64,000 nucleotides of DNA from Candidatus Aminicenantes bacterium (GTDB lineage Bacteria; Acidobacteriota; Aminicenantia; Aminicenantales; Aminicenantaceae): assembly GCA_030603565.1 (NCBI GenBank), contig JAUVXM010000002.1, forward strand, positions 2,151 through 66,150. The letters run 5' to 3'. Shown here one piece after another: positions 47,491 through 57,320 of this stretch (position 1 is the stretch's first letter; every line of letters begins with the position of its first letter). The position numbers and the translations under genes are program-made. A model generated the notes under the pieces. That model did not search any database and was not told the DNA's origin. It worked only from the letters and a program-made list of their open reading frames with translations.

Positions 47491-48345
47491 TCAAGCTGAC
47501 GATTTACTTTTCCTTTTGAGAATGATACTTCCCTCCTCGACTCCGATATCACGAGCAATAACATGGCATTTGGCTTTTAAAAGAAAAAAAACCGGGAGGT
47601 TTTCATCTGAAAGCCCTTCGTAATTGCCCTGCCCTTTGCTGATAATAAGGTCAGCTGTCCGCAAAATATCTAAAAATTCCGGATCACACATTCCAAGTAT
47701 AGTACCGGGACCATCACATCCGGAGGAGATTATCTCAGCAGTTTTATCAATTCCCGCCGCTACAGCATCTTCGTAGACCGCATCATTTATTATAGGCTTT
47801 TCCCGGACAACATAAGTAACCGGCTTCCGCATCTCTTCAATAAGGATCCGGTCAAACACAGTCTCCCCGGCATTATCACCAAGATAGATAATCTTCTCTG
47901 CACTTTCCAAAGCAAGCCTGAATTCCTGGTAATCATCTATAGTCAAGCCGCCGGCAAGAATCTCTCTTACATCCTTTTCCAGATCGAATTTCTCTGCTAT
48001 ACCAAAATCAATAATATTTCCGGCAATTGCCAGCTTTGCAGCAGTCAGGAGAGAATCATCTGAATTCGCGACTATTTTTTTAAACTCGGGATATAGAGTA
48101 AGCGCCTGTTTAGTGCATTTATTTTTTAGTTCATAATAAGGGTCCTCAACTCCTGTATATTCAGCAATGATCCGGTATATTTCCCGCCCAATCTCAGGCG
48201 GGGTTACCCCAAATGCCACTCCGGAAAGATAAGAGCTTAAAGCAGACAATATTTTCCAGATCTCTCTCTCATCCGTCAGTATCATCCGGGAAGTTTTTAG
48301 CGCCTGTGTGAAAAAACAGGGATAACAGTCCAAATATGCGCGCAT
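47491..48345 (-). CDS. ARMT1/DUF89 damage-control phosphatase
   Basis: CYPC, DPY..K, AIAGNIIDFG, DNAGE..FD, PIIND, KGQGNYE, KAKC. Confidence 0.92.
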   Translation of the reverse strand: MRAYLDCYPCFFTQALKTSRMILTDEREIWKILSALSSYLSGVAFGVTPPEIGREIYRIIAEYTGVEDPYYELKNKCTKQALTLYPEFKKIVANSDDSLLTAAKLAIAGNIIDFGIAEKFDLEKDVREILAGGLTIDDYQEFRLALESAEKIIYLGDNAGETVFDRILIEEMRKPVTYVVREKPIINDAVYEDAVAAGIDKTAEIISSGCDGPGTILGMCDPEFLDILRTADLIISKGQGNYEGLSDENLPVFFLLKAKCHVIARDIGVEEGSIILKRKSKSSA

Positions 48346-48356
48346 ATGTCCTCTCC

Positions 48357-48851
48357 TTATCTTTGGCTATCCTTGATCATTTCCCGGTGGCTGCGAAATG
48401 CGATCTCCGGCAGGCTGTCCGGAGGGAAATAGCCGGCAGCCATAGAATCTGAACCGGGCTGCAGGTTTCCCCGGACTTCCATACGGTATCCAATAATTAT
48501 TACTCGCTTATACAGGGATGACTCCTGAGAATACACTCCGATCAATTCAGAGATATTCCCATCCAGACCAGTTTCTTCCTTAAGTTCCCTGAGGCAGCCT
48601 TGCTGCGGATTTTCATCGATCTCTATAAAACCGGATGGCAAGCCCCATTTCCCTTTTCCCGGTTCTACTCCTCTTTGGACAAGAAGGATATCGCCTCGTT
48701 CATTCTGGACAAAAGCAGCTGAACAGGGCAAAGGATTTTCATAATGAATCCATCCGCAGGCAGAGCAGACCTGTCTTTTTCTGCCTTCAATACTCTTGTC
48801 CAGCATTTCACTGCTGCATAAGGGACAATACTTAAACAAAGAATTATTCAT
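48357..48851 (-). CDS. NUDIX hydrolase with N-terminal zinc ribbon
   Basis: CPLC..CSAC..YENP; Nudix box G.IE.DE....CLRELKEETGL. Confidence 0.9.
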   Translation of the reverse strand: MNNSLFKYCPLCSSEMLDKSIEGRKRQVCSACGWIHYENPLPCSAAFVQNERGDILLVQRGVEPGKGKWGLPSGFIEIDENPQQGCLRELKEETGLDGNISELIGVYSQESSLYKRVIIIGYRMEVRGNLQPGSDSMAAGYFPPDSLPEIAFRSHREMIKDSQR

Positions 48852-48866
48852 AATAGATGTCGATAT
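48841..48866. repeat. Degenerate A terminus of the MITE family overlapping the NUDIX start codon
   Basis: GAATTATTCATAATAGATGTCGATAT vs consensus GAACTATTCATAAGAAATGTCGAT. Confidence 0.6.
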
Positions 48867-49210
48867 GTATAATATAAAGTAAAATGCAAATTGTAAATTG
48901 TTTCATTGCTTCATTGTTAAAATTCATTAACCGGAAAATAGTAAATAGGGAGACTGGATACGTATTTTTGGGGATGTCCTGGTATTTGTCCCGGGAAATT
49001 GGATATAATAAATTTAGTCGGAGGAAAAGATATGATAGATACAGACAACCTGACAAAGCTTTCTCCCTACGATTCTCTAGTTTCGATTCTCTAGTTTGGC
49101 TGTTCTAACTTGTTTATTTCAATGAAGTAAGTTCCAATTTTCTTTCCGATAATTGCCTTAAATGAGAATTTCTACCTGCAAAATCGTCTATCTAAGAAAA
49201 GGAGGATATT

Positions 49211-49984
49211 ATGGCTCGTGCTAAACTCTATTACATCCCCGGAATTGTCTGGCACATTACCCAACGATGCCACAACAAAGATTTTCTTCTGAAATTTTCA
49301 AGAGACCGCAAAAATTGGCTCTATTGGCTGTTTCAAGCAAAAAAGAGGTATGGACTGCATATCTTGAACTATGCAGTCACTTCAAACCATATTCACCTTC
49401 TCGTCTATGATGACGGCAAAAGAGACGTAATTCCCAGATCTATTCAATTAACAGCGAGCCGAACGGCCAGAGAATACAATCAAAGGAAAGGCCGCAGAGG
49501 TGCTTTCTGGGAGGACCACTATCATGCCACTGCAGTAGAAACAGGTGATCACTTGAATTGGTGCATGGTGTACATTGATTTAAATATGGTGCGGGCAGGG
49601 GTAGTAAAGCATCCGGCCGATTGGCCCTTCTGTGGATATAATGAGATCAAAAGCAGCCCGCAAAGATATAAACTAATCGATACCAAAAAATTAATGAGAT
49701 TATTGCATATAGATAGTCAACAGAGACTGAAAGAATTCTACAAGAAATGGATAGAATCTGCACTAATATCCAAAGGCATCAAGAGGGAAAGCCGATGGAC
49801 GGAAAGTATTGCTGTAGGGAATAAGGATTTTGTTGAAGCAATAAAAACCAGACTCGGAATTAAGGCGAATTATAGAGAAATCAAAGAAGCGAATGGAACC
49901 TTTGTTTTACAAAATCAAAGAAATCCTTACAGGTCGAATTTTCCTACCAAAATGGGCCATTTAAAAGGGACAGCAGGGGATTAA
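49211..49984 (+). CDS. Y1 HUH transposase (RAYT / REP-associated tyrosine transposase-like)
   Basis: WHITQRC, NHIHLL (HUH), YN..R.GAFW, YIDLNMVRAG, HPADW; RBS AAGGAGG. Confidence 0.9.
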   Translation: MARAKLYYIPGIVWHITQRCHNKDFLLKFSRDRKNWLYWLFQAKKRYGLHILNYAVTSNHIHLLVYDDGKRDVIPRSIQLTASRTAREYNQRKGRRGAFWEDHYHATAVETGDHLNWCMVYIDLNMVRAGVVKHPADWPFCGYNEIKSSPQRYKLIDTKKLMRLLHIDSQQRLKEFYKKWIESALISKGIKRESRWTESIAVGNKDFVEAIKTRLGIKANYREIKEANGTFVLQNQRNPYRSNFPTKMGHLKGTAGD

Positions 49985-50030
49985 TTTTGACTATCTCTAT
50001 TGTAATCTATAGGTTGGCGTAGCCTAACTG

Positions 50031-50093
50031 CAATTTCAATTTCAATTTCCAATTATCCATTATCCATTATCCATTCTCTATTTTCTATTCTCT
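50031..50093. repeat. Short-period tandem repeat (CAATTT)x3 + (ATTATCC)x3 + (ATTYTCT)x3
   Basis: Read directly from the sequence downstream of the transposase. Confidence 0.85.
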
Positions 50094-50126
50094 GCCTTCC
50101 TTCACATTTTACCGCAGTTTAAATTT

Positions 50127-51623
50127 TCATCTCTCAGAATAATCCAGTATCTCGATCTTTAGTTTCCCGATTATCTCAGAGATAGAGGTTATCATCTCTT
50201 TGAACATATTCTCATCCAGGTTGCTGTGACCGAATTTAAGGTGAGTGGCATCAGTATAATATTCTCCACTGGCCTTATCAACAGCCAGCCATTTAGCATC
50301 CAGGCTGACCCATTCGCCTACATAGACTTCCGGCCACATATGATAAGCAAACAGTCCTCCTCCATACATAATACCTACAGACGCCCTGGCAGGAATTCCC
50401 ACAGCCCGGCATAAGGAGATAAAAAGCACAGTATATTCACTGCAGTCCCCTTTTCGGTTATTGAATATTTCTTTTGCTGAGGCAAACCCTACATCATAAT
50501 TTGGCGTCATATTTTTATCGACCCATTCCGCTATTTTCTTGGCGGCACGCCAAGAGTTTCGCTCAGTCCCAATAATATCATTTGCTGCCTCAACAATTTC
50601 CGGAGCATCCGCCTGACAAAAAACCGTTGGTTTCAAGGCCGCCTGCAGCTCTTCCCTTTTTAGCGGAAAAACGCAGGCTTCTTTTTCATTAAATATCCTG
50701 GAGTATGTTCTGATCAAAAAAGAATCCCCCTCTGCTTTTATGAGCTTCTGACTTCCATCACCCCAGGGAAATCCTTTTATCCTCTCTGCTGAAACCCCGC
50801 TTAGCTTAAACTTCATTTTCCTGACTTTTTGAGGATTATCAAATAACACATTGGATTTAATGATAGATGAAAAGGCAATATCAAAATTTTCCTCAGAAGG
50901 CTCTTGTGCCTTCTCTTGCGACATACGAATGGAAACTGTATTAAAAAAACCGGACCGGGTTATTGACTTATATATATCTCCCTCTTCATTGATCCACTCC
51001 TCTACCTCAATCGGAATTATTGACTTAAGCTCTGACTTTAAATGCCACAATTTTAACCTTTCCCCCAGGATTAGAGTCTCCTCCTCGCCCAATATTTCAA
51101 CCCGGCAGTCTGAAAAAGAGTAAGCTATCGGATCAAGAATTTTATAATTAAGAATATTTCCCGGTTTAAAATCCCCACCTCGTATAATGTTTTCCAGCGG
51201 CACCTCAAGATAAAACTCTTTATCATAAAGCAATTCTTTTACAACCTCTCCGGCAAGTTTAAAAATAACTTTCTCTGGAGTTATTTCTGCTTTAATAACA
51301 GTTTCTATTTCCGACATCCTGGTCTTTAATAAAACCTCCAGTGGTTTTTTTTTAAGATCAGTCAAAGACTCCTGGATGCTTATAATCTCTACCGGGTTGC
51401 CTCCAAAGCGGGAAACCTTCATTCTGGACTGGTTAAAGGCCTCAATCAGCTTTTTTCCTTCTTTTTTTATTATTGTCTCTTGGCTATGACTGTACCCGAC
51501 CTTGATCCCATTCATATAAATACCCATCCAGAATTCAGAAGGATTTTCTATTTGAATTCCTGAACCTGTCTGTATGGACAATAAAAAAAGGGAAACAATG
51601 ATCAATATTCTTGTTTTTTTCAT
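50127..51623 (-). CDS. Secreted transglutaminase-like domain protein
   Basis: Start reassigned to ATG 51623 (MKKTRIL); GDCSEY, RAVGIPAR, YHMWPEVY, W..LDA catalytic triad. Confidence 0.9.
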   Translation of the reverse strand: MKKTRILIIVSLFLLSIQTGSGIQIENPSEFWMGIYMNGIKVGYSHSQETIIKKEGKKLIEAFNQSRMKVSRFGGNPVEIISIQESLTDLKKKPLEVLLKTRMSEIETVIKAEITPEKVIFKLAGEVVKELLYDKEFYLEVPLENIIRGGDFKPGNILNYKILDPIAYSFSDCRVEILGEEETLILGERLKLWHLKSELKSIIPIEVEEWINEEGDIYKSITRSGFFNTVSIRMSQEKAQEPSEENFDIAFSSIIKSNVLFDNPQKVRKMKFKLSGVSAERIKGFPWGDGSQKLIKAEGDSFLIRTYSRIFNEKEACVFPLKREELQAALKPTVFCQADAPEIVEAANDIIGTERNSWRAAKKIAEWVDKNMTPNYDVGFASAKEIFNNRKGDCSEYTVLFISLCRAVGIPARASVGIMYGGGLFAYHMWPEVYVGEWVSLDAKWLAVDKASGEYYTDATHLKFGHSNLDENMFKEMITSISEIIGKLKIEILDYSER

Positions 51624-51663
51624 GATTAACTCCAAAAAATTAAGTCCGCAACCCAAAATCTTG

Positions 51664-53001
51664 CTAAATAGAAATATTATAGTCCTTAATTTTTTTATCC
51701 AGGGTAGGTCGGCTGATCTGCAGGATCTGGCTTGCCTGAGTCTTTGAACCTTTTACAGATTTTAATACATGCTGAATATATTGACTTTCCACCTCTTTTA
51801 TAGGGACAAGTTTCTGCGGAAACAGTTTTTTTTCTCCGCTTTCAAGTGGCAGGTTTTCATCTAAAATAACATCACCCTTTGCCAGGATAACCGCTCTGGT
51901 CAAAGCATTTTCCAGCTCTCTCACATTACCTTTCCAGGGGATATTTAAAAGAGTCCTCATAACCTGGGGCGGCACTTTTCGTACATTCTTGCGTAGCTCC
52001 CGGTTGATCTTTTCAAGCAGATAAGCTACAAGCTCTGGGATATCCTCCTTCCTTTCACGCAAAGGAGGCAGGTTTATCTCCACAACTTTCAAACGGTAAT
52101 ACAGATCCTCCCGGAACTGTTCTTTTTTGATTAAAGCTATAAGGTCCTGGTTTGTCGCAGCAATAATCCGGGCCTCTGTTTTTAACACTTTTTCACCACC
52201 AACCTTCATAAAATCCCGGGATTCGATCACCCGCAGCATCTTTGACTGCAGATTAGGAGAGACATCACCCACTTCATCCAGGAATAGAGTCCCTTTTCCG
52301 GCTATCTCAAACTTCCCTTTTGTCTCATATACGGCATCTGTAAAAGCACCTTTTACATGGCCAAAAAGCTCGCTTTCCAGTAAAGTATCGGAAATAGCGG
52401 AACAGTTTATCACAATAAACGGCTCGTTTTTAAAATGACTGTTGTAATGAATTGCTTTGGCACACAACTCCTTCCCGGTACCGCTTTCCCCTTGAATAAG
52501 CACATTAGCCCTATTATTTACAACGGAACCTATTAACTTGAACACTTCCCGCATCCGGGAAGAGCGTCCGATGATATTATCAATTGTATATTCCTTTAAT
52601 TTCTCTTCCACAAGATAGCTGAGCTTATTTTCCAACCCCCTGGCTTGAAAGGCTTTATCAATAGTCAGATCCAGTTCCACATAATCAAGCGGTTTGACCA
52701 AATATTCAAAAGCGCCTGATTTTATAGCTTCCACAGTTGTTTTCATATCATCATAAGCGGTTATTATAATGATATGCGCTTTCTCATTTATTTCCTTGAT
52801 CTTTCTTAGGGCTTCAAGTCCGTTGATATCAGGAAGTCGAATATCAAGGATGACAAGATCAGGGAAATTCTCCTCATATTTCTGTAAGCCCTCCCGGCCA
52901 TCCTCTGCCAGAGTGATCTCATAGCCTTCCCCGGATGAAAAATGAGCAGCCAGTGTTTTTCTGATCAATGGGTCGTCATCGATAATTAAAATTGTTTTCA
53001 T
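51664..53001 (-). CDS. Sigma54-dependent response regulator (NtrC/AtoC family)
   Basis: REC domain; GESGTGKE, ESELFGHVKGAFTDA, REDLYYRL, GNVREL; Fis HTH. Confidence 0.95.
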   Translation of the reverse strand: MKTILIIDDDPLIRKTLAAHFSSGEGYEITLAEDGREGLQKYEENFPDLVILDIRLPDINGLEALRKIKEINEKAHIIIITAYDDMKTTVEAIKSGAFEYLVKPLDYVELDLTIDKAFQARGLENKLSYLVEEKLKEYTIDNIIGRSSRMREVFKLIGSVVNNRANVLIQGESGTGKELCAKAIHYNSHFKNEPFIVINCSAISDTLLESELFGHVKGAFTDAVYETKGKFEIAGKGTLFLDEVGDVSPNLQSKMLRVIESRDFMKVGGEKVLKTEARIIAATNQDLIALIKKEQFREDLYYRLKVVEINLPPLRERKEDIPELVAYLLEKINRELRKNVRKVPPQVMRTLLNIPWKGNVRELENALTRAVILAKGDVILDENLPLESGEKKLFPQKLVPIKEVESQYIQHVLKSVKGSKTQASQILQISRPTLDKKIKDYNISI

Positions 53002-54479
53002 TATTCCTCGTTACAGGGAATAAGGATTTCAAAAGAAGTCCCTACTCCCTTTTGTGATATAACCTTGATCGAACCAGCATGCTGTTCGATTATTTTCAAA
53101 GCGATAGCCAAACCCAGGCCTATTCCCTGGGCTTTAGTGGTATAAAAAGGCTCAAAAATATCCTTGATATCTTTTTCCGGGATACCCGGTCCATTATCGG
53201 ATATTTTAATCTTTATTTTACTCTCTTTCTGTATGGAAATCCGGGTAACGTCAATATCGATCTTCCCGCCCTTATCTACTGCTTCGCAGGAATTTTGAAT
53301 GATATTTAAAATTACCTGCCTAATTTTATCTGCATCAACTTGTACTTCAGGAAGCCCCTTCTGGCAATAAGATTCCAGTTTGACTTCCTTCAACTCTAAG
53401 AGATCAGCCATCATTTTTAGCGACCCTTCAATTATCTGTTCGATAGAAAAATATTCCAGATTCAACTCGGAGACTCTGGCAAAATTAAGAAGTTCTTTAA
53501 TAAATTTTTCTATAACAGCGATTCCCTCCCGGGAGATATTAAGATAAGCTTTCTCCGCTTCACTCAGTATATTTTTTTCAAACAGTTTTTGGATATTAAG
53601 TTTTACCGATGTCAAAGGATTTCTGATCTCATGGGCGATCCCTGCTGAAATATGACCGATCGAAGCTAACTTTTCTACCTGGACCAATTTTTTATTGGCA
53701 TCTTCCACCCTCTCTTTAAACAAGAGAAGCTTGCGACTCATTTCATTAAAACCTTTTGCCAGATTACCAATCTCATCCTGCGAGTCTATATCAATTTTAA
53801 GCGAGAAATCTCCGCGGCTTATCTTAACAGTACCATCAACCAATTTTTTAATCGGTTCAGTTATCTTTCTGGTCAGCCAGGCTACTCCCAAAACTCCTAC
53901 TAACAGCCCCACGAATCCTATCAGTACAAGCAGCAGCCGGGTTTTCTGTACTTCAGCCTTGATATCATCCTGTGATAGACCGATGTTTATAGAACCCCAT
54001 TTCACAGGAGATTCGGGTAAGAAAATAGGCACTTCGATCTCTACTACACTAAATATCGGGCTGTTATCCCCTTTATCAAGTTTTCTGGATTTAGAAAAAG
54101 AATCACCCTCTTTAGCAGAAGCTGGAAGATTGCTGAACTGATAGATATCTTCATAGCCAATAATAAAATCATTAGCAACAAAAGGCCGGTTGTAGCGGTT
54201 ATAAAAAATCACATACACTAGTTTTTCATCAATACGCCTTTCTATACTTTCCTTGACTCCCTCAAAATCCCAGCGGATAAAGGCCTGAAGATTTTCCTGA
54301 GCAATGTTCTTTGCCAGTAAGATCCCTTTGTCTTTTTGCTCCTCATATATTGCCTGCACTTCCCGGCTTTGAATAACAAAGAGAATAAATACTGTCTGAG
54401 CAAGCAGCATAAGAATTACCGACACAGAAAGCTTGGTTCGTAGAGACACATTCCACTTGATCTTATTTTTCATTTTCAA
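53001..54479 (-). CDS. HAMP sensor histidine kinase
   Basis: 2 TMs, HAMP, AHEIRNPL, DNGPGI, FEPFYTTK, GLGL. Confidence 0.95.
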   Translation of the reverse strand: MKMKNKIKWNVSLRTKLSVSVILMLLAQTVFILFVIQSREVQAIYEEQKDKGILLAKNIAQENLQAFIRWDFEGVKESIERRIDEKLVYVIFYNRYNRPFVANDFIIGYEDIYQFSNLPASAKEGDSFSKSRKLDKGDNSPIFSVVEIEVPIFLPESPVKWGSINIGLSQDDIKAEVQKTRLLLVLIGFVGLLVGVLGVAWLTRKITEPIKKLVDGTVKISRGDFSLKIDIDSQDEIGNLAKGFNEMSRKLLLFKERVEDANKKLVQVEKLASIGHISAGIAHEIRNPLTSVKLNIQKLFEKNILSEAEKAYLNISREGIAVIEKFIKELLNFARVSELNLEYFSIEQIIEGSLKMMADLLELKEVKLESYCQKGLPEVQVDADKIRQVILNIIQNSCEAVDKGGKIDIDVTRISIQKESKIKIKISDNGPGIPEKDIKDIFEPFYTTKAQGIGLGLAIALKIIEQHAGSIKVISQKGVGTSFEILIPCNEE

Positions 54480-56082
54480 ACCATATTTTAAATGTCCTCA
54501 AATACTGAAGGCCCATAGGGGGAATTTCCACACCCTTAACCCGCTCCTGCATAGCAATCCTGTTCTGCTGCGAATAAAGCGGAACAGCAGGAATTTCTGA
54601 ATTTAAAATCAGCTGTATTCTGTGGAACAATTTATTCCTTCTTGTCCAGCTCGGTTCTATCTCGGTCCGAGATAAAAGGCTATCAAGTTCAGAGTTAATA
54701 TAACCACAATGATTTGTTTCCGATTTAGAATAAAATAATGGCCGGATGATATCGTCAGGGTCAGGAAAGAGCATCAGCTTATCCATTAAAATCAGATACG
54801 GCTTACGACAGTCTTTAATCTCCTTAGTAGACCTATAATAATCAACTTTTAATGATATCCCCAGGATTGAAAGCTGCTTTTTAAGTTCTCGGAAAAACTT
54901 GATCTTAAACTCGTTTCTTGGGTGAGAGAGAAAAAGGGTTATGGCTGGAATCTTTTTATTTTGTGGAAATCCCCCCTCTTTTAATATTTTTTTTGCCCTC
55001 TCCGGATAATAAGTAGTTCTGTCATCCGTAAGAAACAGTCCCGGCAGTTTGGGAGGAATAAAACTGTATAACAGCTCCTTTTTATAACGTGCTTCGTGGG
55101 TTTCTTGAATAAGCTCACTTTTATTTATCCCCCAGAAAATCGCCCGGCGTAGAATTATATTATTTAGAGGCGAGATGTGACAGCTCATACCTAAGTAAAC
55201 GGGATTAAGGGAGCCATCCTCAAATATAAAATAGTCTGATTTAAGCAGTCTATTTGAAAGGACAGGTATGGAATCAATCTCACCATTAAAAAAATGCTCC
55301 AGGGTGTATAAAGGGCAGAATTCCACTACTTCCAAGCGGGGAGAACCTTGAAAATACTGCTCATTCCTGATCAGTCGGACTCCGCAAATTTTCAGTCGTG
55401 TATCTCTTATCCAGGAGTCGAATTTAAACGGTCCTGTCCCTGATGGCTTACGGAAAAAATCTTTTCCTTTCTCAAGCACAAGCTTCCGGGGTAATATCTT
55501 GCAGAAATGCATACTCATCAAATATAAGGCCAATGTCAGAGGCTTTTTCCAGAGAATCTCTATAGTTAATTCATCAATGACTTTTATCCCTGAGATACCC
55601 TTTGTTCTTCCGGCGTGGAAATCGGAAGCACCGGCTATTCTTGTTGCTAAAAATTGATAATAGGGCGAATTGACTTCAGGGTCCAGCAGTCTTTCCAATG
55701 AAAATTTTACATCATGGGCAGTGAGTTCTTCCCCATGATGGAATTTGACTCCTTTTCTTAAATAAAAACGATATCTTTTTCCATCAGGAGACGTCTCCCA
55801 ATATTCAGCCAGAGCAGGGACAATGTCAAAATTATTATTCCGGTTTTCCAACCTTACTAATCCATCAAAAATCTGCTCAGATACAAATATCGACGAATCC
55901 GAATTAACAGGGTCTAACTGTACCTTGAATGTATCTGAAAACAATTTTATGCGGAATACGTTCTTCTGTGGCGCCGAATTTATAATAATTCCCTCTATAG
56001 AACCTGAACCTATAACTATTGCTGATTGAAATAAAAAGAAAAATGCAATAAAGAAAAGATTTATCCTGCTAATAATCCTCAT
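54463..56082 (-). CDS. Family 5 (peptide/nickel) ABC-type solute-binding protein
   Basis: LDP, QIFDGLV, PALAEYW..SPDG, FYLRKGVKFH.G..LTA.DVKFS, PSGTGPF. Confidence 0.9.
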   Translation of the reverse strand: MRIISRINLFFIAFFFLFQSAIVIGSGSIEGIIINSAPQKNVFRIKLFSDTFKVQLDPVNSDSSIFVSEQIFDGLVRLENRNNNFDIVPALAEYWETSPDGKRYRFYLRKGVKFHHGEELTAHDVKFSLERLLDPEVNSPYYQFLATRIAGASDFHAGRTKGISGIKVIDELTIEILWKKPLTLALYLMSMHFCKILPRKLVLEKGKDFFRKPSGTGPFKFDSWIRDTRLKICGVRLIRNEQYFQGSPRLEVVEFCPLYTLEHFFNGEIDSIPVLSNRLLKSDYFIFEDGSLNPVYLGMSCHISPLNNIILRRAIFWGINKSELIQETHEARYKKELLYSFIPPKLPGLFLTDDRTTYYPERAKKILKEGGFPQNKKIPAITLFLSHPRNEFKIKFFRELKKQLSILGISLKVDYYRSTKEIKDCRKPYLILMDKLMLFPDPDDIIRPLFYSKSETNHCGYINSELDSLLSRTEIEPSWTRRNKLFHRIQLILNSEIPAVPLYSQQNRIAMQERVKGVEIPPMGLQYLRTFKIWFENEK

Positions 56083-56142
56083 TTCCTTTCGTTTTCGATG
56101 TAATCTATATTTATAATCGACATTTCTTATGAATAGTTCAGG
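56083..56142. mobile_element. MITE-like partial copy with internal segment in the opposite orientation
   Basis: ..TTTCGTTTTCGATGTAATCTATATTTATAATCGACATTTCTTA-TGAATAGTTCAGG|TTAG, abutting the SBP start codon. Confidence 0.7.
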
Positions 56143-56241
56143 TTAGATACAGTTTACCTGATAACCAATAGAATGTAAAGATTTTTTACAAGAAAGAAAG
56201 TGACCCTGTCCATGAAGAATCCAGGCAAGCTGACCTGATTC

Positions 56242-57210
56242 TTATTTCAGCTCCTTAGACAGCACATAGAAATCCCGCATGCGTTCTTTGATTTTTTTGT
56301 AACGAAAGTCAATTATTTTATATCCATCCTTTAATATAGAACAAAAAGCTTCCTTGGTTTTTTTTCTCCAGTCAACCGGAATATTACGAACTTCTTTATC
56401 TAAAACATCTGTTTCCTGCAGCATGGCATAGAAATCATAAGGTATTTCAATAAGCATAATGTTGCCCAAGGAACAGCCACTTTTTTTTGCTAAAGGCAGG
56501 CAAACTTGCCCGGTTTTCCCCCTGACTTCCCGGCTTTCAGAATAGATAATTAATCTATCTTTTTCGAGTAATAAGTCCAAGTCATATTCAGGCCTCTTGA
56601 TCTCTTTCTTTAAATCCCATGATACAAAAAGGCGGTCACCGGGGACATCTACCCTGTTTAGTTTTCCCGCAAATCCTTCATAAAATGCCTCTTTATAAGC
56701 TATAACTTCCATTCCAAATATATGGAAATTTCGATAGGCATTTACTCCGGTTAAAGGATCAAAAGTGCAGGTAATTGTATTAATGCCTAAAATCCCTAAT
56801 ACTTTTTGCCTTTGAAACTGTTTTAAAAAAAAACCCAGGCCATATTTTTGAAAATCCGGCTTCACTGAAGCATACTGGGAATAAAATTCCAGGTTAGCCG
56901 GATTTTTATAGCCAATATTCAGGTCTTTGATCCCAACATAGCCATAAGAAAATCCAACCAGGTGCTCTCTATTTCTGGGAAATCCCCCATTTTTATCCTC
57001 TAAATATATTCCTATATAGAGGCTGCTTCCATCATTGAAAATGTTTTCGCCAGCCATATTCCTGGCTGCTGAAAAGTTATCATCCGGGTCCTCCCATATC
57101 TCATATCTCAACTCTTCAAACTTTGTATAATCAGCTAACTTATCTGAAGTTTCAACCGCAAATAAAAAACGCCTTCCCTTTGACTCATGGATCACTTCTA
57201 AATTTCTCAT
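56242..57210 (-). CDS. GNAT superfamily acetyltransferase (COG3375-like)
   Basis: YSQYASVKPDFQKYGLG..LKQFQR, TFDPL..NAYRN, DRL...W, IEIP, WR. Confidence 0.85.
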   Translation of the reverse strand: MRNLEVIHESKGRRFLFAVETSDKLADYTKFEELRYEIWEDPDDNFSAARNMAGENIFNDGSSLYIGIYLEDKNGGFPRNREHLVGFSYGYVGIKDLNIGYKNPANLEFYSQYASVKPDFQKYGLGFFLKQFQRQKVLGILGINTITCTFDPLTGVNAYRNFHIFGMEVIAYKEAFYEGFAGKLNRVDVPGDRLFVSWDLKKEIKRPEYDLDLLLEKDRLIIYSESREVRGKTGQVCLPLAKKSGCSLGNIMLIEIPYDFYAMLQETDVLDKEVRNIPVDWRKKTKEAFCSILKDGYKIIDFRYKKIKERMRDFYVLSKELK

Positions 57211-57320
57211 TTAATCTAATTTTACCGAAACATGCTGTTAAAAGGCAAGAGGCTACTTGCCTGTAAGAAAAGAGTTTGAATCAAATCAAATTTTAATATA
57301 TATAATATGAGGATAATACA

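Noticed and set aside
48844-49108. ORFs 48844-49056 (-) and 48884-49108 (+)
   Set aside because: Low-complexity repeat-derived intergenic sequence.
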